Source: Macrostomum lignano
Lineage: Eukaryota
Assembly (NCBI GenBank): GCA_002269645.1
Contig: NIVC01005135.1
Span: forward strand, 1-25,236
Reading direction: 5' to 3'
DNA length: 25,236 bases
Position numbers and translations under genes: made by a program. The notes under the pieces are model-generated. The model did no database searches and was not told where the DNA came from. It was given only the letters and a program-made list of their open reading frames with translations. This document shows positions 12,540-22,413 of the stretch, one piece after another (the first letter of the stretch is position 1; the number at the start of each line of letters is the position of its first letter).

Positions 12540-13117
12540 AACCACAGCCCTCCCTGACACTCTCCTAACAATCCTCCCTGACACTCTCCTAACAATCCTC
12601 CCTGACACTCTCCTAACAATCCTCCCTGACACTCTCCTAATAATCCTCCCTGACACTCTCCTAACAATCCTCCCTGACACTCTCCACACAACCCCCGTGA
12701 CACTCTCCTAACAACCCTCCCTGACACTCTCCTAACAATCCTCCCTGACACTCTCCTAACAATCCTCCCTGACACTCTCCTAACAACCCTCCCTGACACT
12801 CTCCTAAGAATCCTCCCTGACACTCTCCTAACAACCCTTCCTGCCACTCTCCCCCACAACCCTCCCTGACACTCTCCTAACAATCCTCCCTGACACTCTC
12901 CTAAGAATCCTCCCTGACACTCTCCTAAGAATCCTCCCTGACACTCTCCCCCACAACCCTCCCTGACACTCTCCTAACAATCCTCCCTGACACTCTCCTA
13001 ACAATCCTCCCCGACACTCTCCTAACAATCCTCCCTGACACTCCTAACAATCCTCCCTGACACTCTCCACATAACCCCCGTGACACTCTCTTCACAACCC
13101 TCCGTGACACTCTTCCT
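12540..13117. repeat. 24-bp minisatellite, about 24 copies, C-rich on the plus strand
   Basis: Unit CCCTGACACTCTCCTAACAATCCT. It produces the 8-aa repeats RRVSGRIV and LGECQGGL in the minus-strand ORFs. Confidence 0.95.
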
Positions 13118-13563
13118 TTACTACAATATAGTCCTTAAGTGAACAAGATAGCTGTTTTAATTAACTAACCAATCAATCACACAACAAGCATATTACAAAT
13201 TGAAATAAAATTAGCATAATTGACCAGAACGCACAAGAAAGCAACTATAAATTTCCATCAAATAGGAGCCAACAGAATCAGCATTGCGGTTCCTTAAAAG
13301 CATCGAATATTTTCTGTGTCAGTATATATTTTAATTTATACGTGTACTTAATATATAGATTATATTTTTAATTGTAACAGATAGTTAAGATGTGCACAAA
13401 AAGTTCAAATGGAAACAAACTGATTGTTTTGCTAAGCAGATAATAGGAAAGTAATCAGGACAATGAAAAGTATTATGCTGTCTAAAATTTTCCTACGACC
13501 TACATATAGAAATCACAACAAATATAATTAAGCGTGCATCTAAACAATAGTGAGTTAATGAGT

Positions 13564-13569
13564 TTTATT
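13564..13569 (-). promoter_or_regulatory. Candidate polyadenylation signal (AATAAA) of the gamma-SNAP gene
   Basis: TTTATT on the plus strand, about 260 nt downstream of the NAPG stop codon. Motif and position only. Confidence 0.45.
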
Positions 13570-13827
13570 TAACCTATATTTCCAGAATGACTAGATAAGT
13601 GAATAATTGTCTGCTTCACTATTATATTAATAATATTTATGAATGATATCAACAGCGAATGCCCACGAAATAAGACAGCAAAGCAACAAAAATATATAGA
13701 GTGAAGCCAATTGAACACGCGTGTCCATATTTGACTACTGATATCGGACCATATAAGTAGAAATATAGGAATTTTACAACATTTTTCTGCAAAGCTAGGC
13801 AAAATGTGGTAAATCAGTTTTTGATAA

Positions 13828-14386
13828 TCAACACAACCCACCGTCAAACTCTTCAGCGTCCTCGGCGCCAGCACCAGCAGCCTCTGCGGCCGCGCCACCG
13901 GCAGCTGACGGTTTCTGGCGCGCCTCCGGCAATCGAATCGATCTAGCTAATTTAGCGAATTCATTGTCCATGTAGCGGAACACGGGATTCTGCAGGGCCT
14001 GACGCCCCCGATCGCCGTCCATCTGCTCGCAGGCCTCCAGCAGAGTCTGCAGGGGGCCGCAGTCGTCGCCAGTTTGGAACGAGCTGACGTGCACGGAATC
14101 GTTGAACGCTTTCCTAGCTGCTACTAGATCTCCGCGGCCGAGCTCCACCACCACTAGGGCTAGCACAGCTTTGGACAGGGTGTCCGGGTTCGAATCCCGG
14201 CCAGCTTGTCCGACCCGCCGTCTGGCCACGTCGGCTGCAGCGTCCAGCTTGCCAGCGCGGATCAGCATTCGACAGGCGTGGCCGAGGCACTGGGCAGCCT
14301 GACCTACTTTGTCCTCGATGTCGGCCGCGTCAGCTGAGTCGCTGTACAGCCTGGCCGAGGCTTCGGGCAGCGGCTCCTCCAGCATC
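13828..14386 (-). CDS. NAPG: Gamma-soluble NSF attachment protein (gamma-SNAP), coding exon 3 (terminal)
   Basis: Acceptor gaatccgcAG|G ATG, phase 2. It encodes ...AVLALVVVELGRGDLVAARKAF...LQTLLEACEQMD...NPVFRYMDNEFAKLARS...EEFDGGLC-stop, matching the gamma-SNAP C-terminus (human, from memory: ...SPLFKYMDNDYAKLG...EDEYSGGLC). TGA at 13830-13828. Confidence 0.95.
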
Positions 14387-14420
14387 CTGCGGATTCGAGT
14401 TGTCAATCATTAGCTCACTT

Positions 14421-15375
14421 AATTCATTGTGACACAGTGTGGATTGCTAATCTATCCAGTTCATTGTGACACAGTGTGGATTGCTAATCTATCCAGTTCA
14501 TTGTGACACAGTGTGGATTGCTAATCTATCCAGTTCATTGTGACACAGTGTGGATTGCTAATCTATCCAATTCATTGTGACACAGTGTGGATTGCTAATC
14601 TATCCAGTTCATTGTGACACAGTGTGGATTGCTAATCTATCCAGTTCATTGTGACACAGTGTGGATTGCTAATCTATCCAATTCATTGTGACACAATGTG
14701 GATTGCTAATCTATCCAGTTCATTGTGACACAGTGTGGATTGCTAATCTATCCAGTTCATTGTGACACAGTGTGGATTGCTAATCTATCCAGCTCATTGT
14801 GACACAGTGTGGATTGCTAATCTATCCAGTTCATTGTGACAGTGTGGATTGCTAATCTATCCAGTTCATTGTGACACAGTGTGGATTGCTAATCTATCCA
14901 GTTCATTGTGACACAGTGTGGATTGCTAATCTATCCAGTTCATTGTGACACAGTGTGGATTGCTAATCTATCCAGTTCATTGTGACACAGTGTGGATTGC
15001 TAATCTATCCAGTTCATTGTGACACAGTGTGGATTGCTAATCTATCCAGTTCATTGTGACACAGTGTGGATTGCTAATCTATCCAGTTCATTGTGACACA
15101 GTGTGGATTGCTAATCTATCCAGTTCATTGTGACACAGTGTGGATTGCTAATCTATCCAGTTCATTGTGACACAGTGTGGATTGCTAATCTATCCAGTTC
15201 ATTGTGACACAGTGTGGATTGCTAATCTATCCAATTCATTGTGACACACTGTGAATTGCTAATCTATTCAATTAATTGTGACTGTGGATTGCTAATCTAT
15301 CCAGTTTATTGTGACACAGTATGGATTTCTATTCTAGCCAACGTATTGTGACACTGTGGATTGCTAATCTATTCA
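14421..15375. repeat. 37-bp minisatellite, about 25 copies, filling NAPG intron 2
   Basis: Unit TCATTGTGACACAGTGTGGATTGCTAATCTATCCAGT; the period is 37 at 14424/14461. It is degenerate after about 15240. Confidence 0.97.
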
Positions 15376-15433
15376 ATTGCAAGAACTTTATTTTGCAAAT
15401 CAGTAAAAGAAATGACTAAAGACCAGGACTCAC

Positions 15434-15754
15434 TTGGCCCCCTTCTCCAGCATGAGCGAGGCGCTATCCGGGTTCCCATTCTCGCGCAGCATCCTACCAG
15501 CTTTAGCCAGCCATTCCGCAGCCTCTTCATAGTTCTTGACCTCCTTAGCCAGAAGAGCGGCCGTCTCCAGGTGCTTAGCCGCGTGGAACAGGTTCTTCAA
15601 ATGGTTGGCAGTGATGTCGGCAGTTTTAACCAGCATCTGTTGGGACCGTTTGAATTCGCGAGCGGCACGGAAGGCGGCGGCAGCTTTGGCATACTCGTCA
15701 GCAGCTGAGTCGTAATCTGGACTGCGGCGCATCTTGAGCAGTCCAGTCTTCAGG
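15434..15754 (-). CDS. NAPG: Gamma-SNAP, coding exon 2 (321 nt, phase 2 at both ends)
   Basis: Acceptor acacccAG|C CTG AAG and donor GCC AA|GTGAGT. It encodes LKTGLLKMRRSPDYDSAADEYAKAAAAFRAA...LFHAAKHLE...ENGNPDSASLMLEKGA, matching gamma-SNAP motifs LKTGFLKWKPDYDSAA, LFHAAK and ENGTPDTA. The ORF-track start at 15783 is intronic. Confidence 0.95.
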
Positions 15755-18119
15755 CTGGGTGTAATGGCGTCATATGTTGGCATGCTTACTAACTGGCAAA
15801 TATACAGTTTTTGACATTATGTATAGCAATGTATTCTTACTAGCTTGCCTTCAATAGCCATAATAGTTTTGAAATTTAATTATATACAGAACTAGATAAA
15901 AAATTCTGGGTTTTGTATTTAAAGTAGCCAATATATTTTTAAGAAAATAAACACAATTTATAAAGGAACATTTTTACCTATCTTATTTCTACTCTTTATA
16001 CTCAATGAGACTTAATAAAGATATAGTTTAAAACAATAACAAGTTTGATTATAAAAATAGGCTAATTTTGGAGAATTGAAGGCAATAAACTATAAATTAT
16101 TTTGGAGCAAAAAATTATGCTAGCATTTTGTGGCATGTAAATAAACTTTAGCTGTAAAAAACTTTCTCCCATATTTATACCAATAAATATGATATCCACA
16201 ATATAAAAACACATGGACACTGTCAAGTTCACAATTGTATATGTAGGTGTACAAATTTATAGGATTATAATAGGAACAAATTTAGAAAGTTAACATAACT
16301 TTATTCCATGTTCTGCTCTATGAGCAGTAGAAATTGGCTTTTATATAATTTGAATTTGGTGATTTAAGAATTGGAACCATATTTAAACATACATGTGCAA
16401 CCCCTGATTTATACTGGTCATGCAACTTACTTTTTGACCAAAAATGAGATTTACCTATGAAAGAAACCCTAGATATGGTACAATAGACCTGCCAATGGCA
16501 ACTATAAATACGCCTATGGTAGATATCTGCTTTTATAGCTATGACTACAGAAATATGGTAGCTGTTGTCATATTCCATAGATTCTTATAGCCCTAGTTAT
16601 TAATTAAAAAAAAACTATTAGAAACAAGTAGAGTAAAACAAAGATACTTTGGTAAGCTGTATTGTAGACTTAGAAACATATAGATTATACTTAATAAAAT
16701 ATAATAATACATTAGCAAAGTCTAACGTTTATTAATGTGAAAAAGTTCAACATTAGTACTTTCAGTAGTGATTAAGTATTGTTACTCTTTGTAAAAAGAT
16801 GAAATACAATCTTACAAAGGCAATTGATGGTTTGTTTTATTTTCTATCTTAAGTTATTTAAGCACCAGGTTATCTTATTGATTCAAAATATTTTGATTCC
16901 CTGACTGTTAAAACTATGGCTATGGGAACAATGAGAATATAGTAATATTGGGGTCCCTATGGCTATGGAATATGGAGAATTGGAATAAGCAATAGTTTTG
17001 CTTATGGCTATAGCAATTGCATATGGACCTTCCTTATGGTGAAACACTAACCATTTTTAGTTTTAACAAGTATAATTTAGGCCTATAGGTCTAAAGTTAT
17101 AGACCTAAATGTCAATAATATAGTATTGAGTATTAGTCATTTAAAAGCTAGGCCTATCCAAAACTACATAGTTTGACAAATAATATATAGACTTAGAGGT
17201 TGAGATAAGAGGAATTGATAAGAAAAAGCTTCCATTTCTATACAAGTATTTACCCTTCTCTTAGCCTTTCCTTGAATCAGGAAAATCCTTGAATGAGCCT
17301 TCCTTTCAAAGCAATAAGAAATAGGTTTACCTTGTGACCACCTTGGACCTTGGTCCATCACCAACCTAATTAACATATTAAAATAAATTTATATTTAGGC
17401 TTTCTTTATGTAATTAAATTATGTTTTTCTTTTTCTTGGCTTAAATTACAATACCAAATTTCAAAAAACTAGAAAATGAAAGGTATCCTTTTGGCATAAA
17501 ATGTTACAAAGCAAAACATGGCATAGTATAAAAATTCTATAGACTATATACACTATAATAATATTTTTATTTAAATCACATTAAAATAATCATGGCAGGA
17601 TTGACACTACAGTATATCAATGATATAAACACTATTGAAGGAATATTTTGAGCTATTTTTAAGTTTTTATTTAAAAGATTAAAAAATAATTTGTATATAA
17701 AAACAAATTTATGATGGCAGTTGCTATTGTTATGGTGACATGGTTATATTGACATGGTTATTTTTACAGTTAACAGTTAAAACAAATACTATCTAAATTA
17801 AGTAATGAACTTGCAGTGCAAATACTAGTGGTTAAATCTAAAAAGTAAGAAACATGTTATGAATAAATAAATTTATACAATGGTAACTTCTAATGGTCCT
17901 TGTCACGGTAGCTTACTTTAGGTCATTGTTAACTATTACATTGAACTTAAATGAAATTTCTTCCACACAACCATAAAAATAGCTATTTTGCTTCTTACCT
18001 ATGGTAACCATAAAAATAACAGTTCCATAGTCCATTTTCTTACAGTTACACCAGAAATCCCTAGCATAATTCTAGACAAAAATTAGCCTTGGCATACATG
18101 CTTGGCATAAGAATTAATA

Positions 18120-18860
18120 CAGGGTGTGGAGGGTAAATTGGCAATAGTTTTAACCATAGACAACTTTGCTCTTATATAACCCATGGGCACCAAACTTTAC
18201 ACAGGTATTCTTAATGCAACTAAAATTTACAGCTATATGAGTCAGATCTTATTACACTAGCAATGTCAAAGGAATATGACACAATAGTTACTATCATACC
18301 AGGACTGCATGCCAGAAGGTCAGCTAGAGAGATTGTGCAATTCCACAACATCCTTGAGTGCATTGTGTATCAAATTGCGAAGCAGTTTTGAGAAGCAGAT
18401 AATGCTAAAGAAGCTCTAGCAACTCAGCACAAAGTGCATGCTCCCTGTTCAGACAAGATGAAGACACTAGCATTCATTGAAAGGCTGCAAGGACTGATCG
18501 ATCAAGATCCTTCGCAGTCCATGTGGCAGATGGCCCAAATGCTAGAAGACCTGCGCTACCATTCTTACTCACTGAAGGTTCACCAGCTCCTTACTCTGCA
18601 GCAGAAAGATAGGCATGTTGCCCACTGCCAGTTGTTGCTATCATTGTTGAAGCATGAAGAGGCTAGGCACATTTACTTTTTTAGCAATGAGAAATTCTTT
18701 GTTCTGGATGCCAAATTCAACAAACACAATGACATGCCAGCATGTTGAAGACATTTCAGTTGTGATGCAGTCAAAGTACCCAGCATCTATGATGATGCTA
18801 TTAGACCTATCAAATGAGGGTGATGCAATGCCACTGCCCTTCTTTGATCAGACCCTATAG
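18120..18860 (+). pseudogene. Degenerate, 3'-truncated Tc1/mariner-superfamily transposase relic (maT/DD37D-like), nested in the larger element
   Basis: A TA|CAGGGTG putative left end lies at 18118-18126. The frame from ATG 18263 (MSKEYDTIVTIIPGLHARRSAREIVQF...) has an in-frame TGA and continues IDQDPSQSM...EDLRYHSYSLKVHQLL...FFSNEKFFVLDAKFNKHND. It then frameshifts to EDISVVMQSKYPASMMMLLDLSNEGDAMPLPFF. These resemble maT-type motifs EDLRYKSY, FFSDEKxF and SxEGDVMPPHFF. The first catalytic D is N, and the later catalytic motifs are absent. Confidence 0.85.
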
Positions 18861-19265
18861 GAAAAAGTTGCAAAACCACAGATGCCTCCGGCGCACTTTT
18901 GAAATTTTTCTAAAGTGCAATGCACACACTGCTCTTTCCTGCTGGCTGCTGCTCTAGCAAATACATATACATGGAAAGGGCTTGGGCAGGTGCCTGTGCT
19001 GTACAATCTGCCTCACCTGCGGATGGTGTGCGTATTTCTGTTTTAAAGCCTTGGCTGTATTGACTGCCGCCCATTTGCGCGGCGTGGTCTAATACGTCTA
19101 TGGAAGGGCCTATAGACTCATAACTTAAAAAGCTTAGAGAAGTTCCAAAATTTCAATTTCATTTTCAAAAATAAGAATTTTTAAAGAGCAAATTTCAATT
19201 TTGAAAAAAAAATTAGAAGTTAAAATTTTGGAAGTGTCTAAAAAAGTTGCTAAAAATAAACTAAT

Positions 19266-19338
19266 TTCTGCTTATAATTTCTGCTTAAGCATAAGCACAT
19301 GCTTAAGCATGCTTAAGCTTAAGCTATTTGCATAAGCA
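19266..19338. repeat. Cluster of overlapping GCTTAAGC palindromes
   Basis: Perfect 18-bp palindrome GCTTAAGCATGCTTAAGC at 19301-19318, a 14-bp GCTTAAGCTTAAGC at 19311-19324 and TGCTTAAGCA at about 19282-19291. Confidence 0.8.
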
Positions 19339-21153
19339 GTTAATTGAAAGTAAAAAAGTGAGTGTTAGTCATACTAAACTTTGTTTTTCTAAATTTTGAT
19401 TTCGGAAAATGTCAATTTTGCTTTTGGAAAGTTAGCAAATTTTGATTTTGATGAAATGGAACATCTCTAATAATCTTAAAGCATGGTAAAATAGTTTGAC
19501 TCTTTTCTAAAGTGAGCATCTGCGGGTTTTCAACATTTATTCCAATAGGGTGATAAATCACAATTGAATGATAAATGGTAATTGAAATGCGTCGCATTGT
19601 TACAAATTACAAAATTTTGATAATTAGTTTTTTATATGCCAAAAGATCATCTGTAGTTGTTTATTACAAATTACAAAATTTTGATGATTAGTTTTTTTTG
19701 CATGGTTATTAAAGCAATCAACTTTACTTCAATCTTTTGGCATGTTTCCCTGACCAGAAATAAACATTGATCATGGTTTTAATTAAAACAAAAATTTATA
19801 TAGGTTTTTCCCATATATATTTATTGTTTCTTTCTGCCAACAGTTTAGGAAGACAACAAACAATGGACTCAATGGTACTTTTCTTTGTGTGATCTCTAGA
19901 GTAACATACTCAAACTTCAGGCGAGGATCTTTCCTCTTCAATCAGTATATTTTATAAGTTAATAGACTGTATGTGAGCAAGGAGGAATAGGGGAAGAAAG
20001 TGGAATGGGAAGGCCCAATAGAAGCCAATGGAACAGAGGAGATTCATGTACCATGCAAGGGTTGCATGGCTAGGCTTCTTGCTTGCCGATCATCAAGGCT
20101 ATTTTTAGACATGCAGATCTTGTGCATCTGGGAAGTTGCTGCCAAGGCTGAATGCTTGTTCATGCATCATGCGCATGTCGGCTGATTTCTCCCATCTTCT
20201 TGCTAACGGCGGTTTTGTTTCATTTTACCAGGATGGCATTTTTGTACAAAATCCTGGACACCTTCCACGCGCGCTAACTAAAACTTGCGCACTTGCGCAT
20301 GCATTTCTAGCAAAATTGCGCAACTTTAAAAAGCTTATGTGCGCGCAGCTTTATATTCTAGGAAATATTGTATAATTTCATTTAAATTTTGAATATTGCA
20401 CTTGTTATAGCAAAACAAAGTTATTGCAAATTTAAAAACAAAGCTACTGGGAACAAGATTAAACTAAAAAAGAATAATATCATTTATTTTTTAAGATTTA
20501 TTTAAACTTTAATAAAATGTAAAAAAGTTGCTAAGAAATTCAAGTGGCAAAAAAATTGCACATTCACGGGTAAAAAACTTGCATAAAAAATTATGCGCAA
20601 CTTTTTGTTCCAAACTTGTCATGCAAAAATTCTATCCTAGTCACTTTATAATGATTGTATCTTATTTCAAGTATTTGAATATAATTGAGAATTTAAATCA
20701 ACTACATTTTATTATATTTTATTATTTATAAAAAGTAAAACAAAGTTTAAAATCAATAAATTGTGCTGTAACGCAAAAACTTTTATGTCATTATCTTTTA
20801 AATACTTATGCTTACAAAGTTTTAATTATAATAATACAAATGGAAACATTAATAATTTTTTTAAAATGAAAAATGTTAGTACAAACTGCCCTGCAACCCC
20901 TCCTAGTCTAGGCATTATGCCTGGTGTGCACCAAGCCTGGCATAAATGATGAAATTTCATCAGTTTTCTTCCGGCATAACTCTAAGCATGAAATGGACTA
21001 TGGTAACAGTTTTGCTATTTATATGGTTACATTATAGCTAGGCCCAGATAATGTCTTATGCGTTAACCATAAAAATAACCATTTTGTTATTTATACAGTC
21101 ACCGTAACAATAACAACTGCCATTTATGATTCACACAATGTTATAACACCTAC

Positions 21154-21206
21154 CTGTCTTCAGCAGCTTTAATGTGCTGCTCAGCTTCAGCGATTTTCGA
21201 AGACAT
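21154..21206 (-). CDS. NAPG: Gamma-SNAP, coding exon 1 (53 nt, below the ORF-track threshold)
   Basis: ATG at 21206-21204 encodes MSSKIAEAEQHIKAAED+AG, with donor AG|GTAGGT in phase 2. It joins exon 2 as AG|C (Ser) LKTG and parallels human MAAQKINEGLEHLAKAEKYLKTG. The spliced total of 310 aa fits the family size. Confidence 0.88.
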
Positions 21207-22413
21207 TGTTGGAGTTAAAAAAAAGTAAAAGGAAAAAAGATCAGATAGATGCAGAACTTCACGCAAACTTAAATTTAGGCCTAGTCACGTCAAAAATAAA
21301 AATAAGATGAAGCAATTCCAATTCCAACCTCTAGACAAATGCAAATTGAGTTCACAGAATCAGAGAATCTTTCTCTTTACAAATCGGCATTCTATGAAAA
21401 TGTATATTTAAAGCATAATATATTGATAATAAATTTTATAAATTTTATATTGCAAATAATGATTTGCAATAATAAACTTTTTTTGATGTTAAAAAGTGCG
21501 GAATCAATTGCATTTTAAAATAAAAAAATATTGACTGCGTATCTAAACTTTGTTATAGCGGTTGTTGCGATGGTGTTGCTGTGCTGGTTCGGTTGAGTTT
21601 GATTTCTAAGTGGTATTTTATTTCTCGCAATTGATTCAAACGGTTAACCATTGTGTGGCGACAATCTCATGATAGGAAATATTTTTATGGAACACTTTGT
21701 AATCATATTATATATAATTTTTTATAATAGCTACTTTCAGTTAATACGTCTGCTATTTGTTGTGTTTAAACTGATTTTTGGTAAAGATTCATAGATTGTG
21801 TCTAGAGAAGTGTCTTGGATCCTTAACTAAGTGAATGATGACGCAACTGCTTTGATTATTATTTATTTATTTCAATGACAGAAGTTTAATATTTGATGGT
21901 TCATTCTTTCCTTCTTGGTTCGCATTTGTATAGCACTAGTACTCTTTCTACGTACGTTCAATACAGCTTTTAGATTTTAACCTCTAAATACAGAGAAATA
22001 TTTTGGATGTTTGCGAATACTCATGTAACAAAGATTACGAATATAGTTTTCTTATCAGCAATTTTCGGACTTATATAAATCTCCTAATAAGAGATAGGAG
22101 AAATATAAAACATGTTTTGGCTTAGCTATATGACGTTTACGCCAATTTCCAGATGCTTGCGCATTTTCAACTTTATCTGTTTATACGAATTGTAGCTTTA
22201 GTTTTTGAGAAGTTTATTGTAAAATAACACATTTTTATTTTTTAGTTCTTTGCTAGGTAATTTGCATTTGCATAATTAACAATTATGGACTGTTTTTAGG
22301 GACAAGAGAGAATTTCTAATAAAGATGAGAAGCTAGTTCTATTTGCTCAAGCTAATACATACTATGTTTTTAATACTAATAACTAATTTTCATAACCAAT
22401 TCATGTCACTTCC
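21207..22413. promoter_or_regulatory. 1.2 kb divergent intergenic region between the NAPG and DNAH6-like start codons (candidate shared promoter)
   Basis: Defined by the head-to-head geometry. No TSS or specific element could be identified. Confidence 0.5.

Larger units (their letters stand above)
17716..21121. mobile_element. 3.4 kb non-autonomous Mutator/foldback-like element with a 9-bp target-site duplication, in NAPG intron 1
   Basis: Left end GGCAGTTGCTATTGTTATGGTGAC versus right end (reverse complement) GGCAGTTGTTATTGTTACGGTGAC, 22/24 identical. ATTTATGAT lies immediately outside both ends (17707-17715 and 21122-21130). Further patchy inverted homology exists at about 17750-17775 vs 21063-21085 and 18020-18055 vs 20968-21010. 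The superfamily is inferred from TSD length and terminal G only. Confidence 0.75.

Noticed and set aside
12378-13110. RRVSGRIV / LGECQGGL repeat ORFs
   Set aside because: They are translations of the 24-bp minisatellite and have no support as genes.
14161-14207. Perfect tRNA T-arm (CCGGG TTCGAAT CCCGG, 14184-14200) with an A-box-like TAGCACAGCTTTGG, antisense to NAPG exon 3
   Set aside because: The A-to-B spacing is only about 12 nt, with no anticodon arm or full acceptor stem. The bases are explained by the codons for AGRDSNPDT. tRNAscan-SE would confirm.
7726-15375. CRISPR-like appearance of the 34- and 37-bp palindromic repeats
   Set aside because: Units are head-to-tail with no unique spacers, there are no cas genes, and the context is eukaryotic (one array lies inside a spliceosomal intron).
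18843-18858. CAGACCCTATA as the right TIR of the mariner relic
   Set aside because: Only about 7/11 match to the expected reverse complement of the left end, which is too weak to call.
19600-19700. 35-bp direct repeat TTACAAATTACAAAATTTTGAT at 19600 and 19664, and loosely repeated TGCGCAACTT words near 20316 and 20592
   Set aside because: These are consistent with ordinary local duplication in AT-rich DNA, and no boundaries could be defined.
19840-20375. More GC-balanced patch with short ORFs inside the composite element (possible captured gene fragment)
   Set aside because: I recognised no protein motif in any frame and stops are frequent. BLASTx is needed before calling it cargo.
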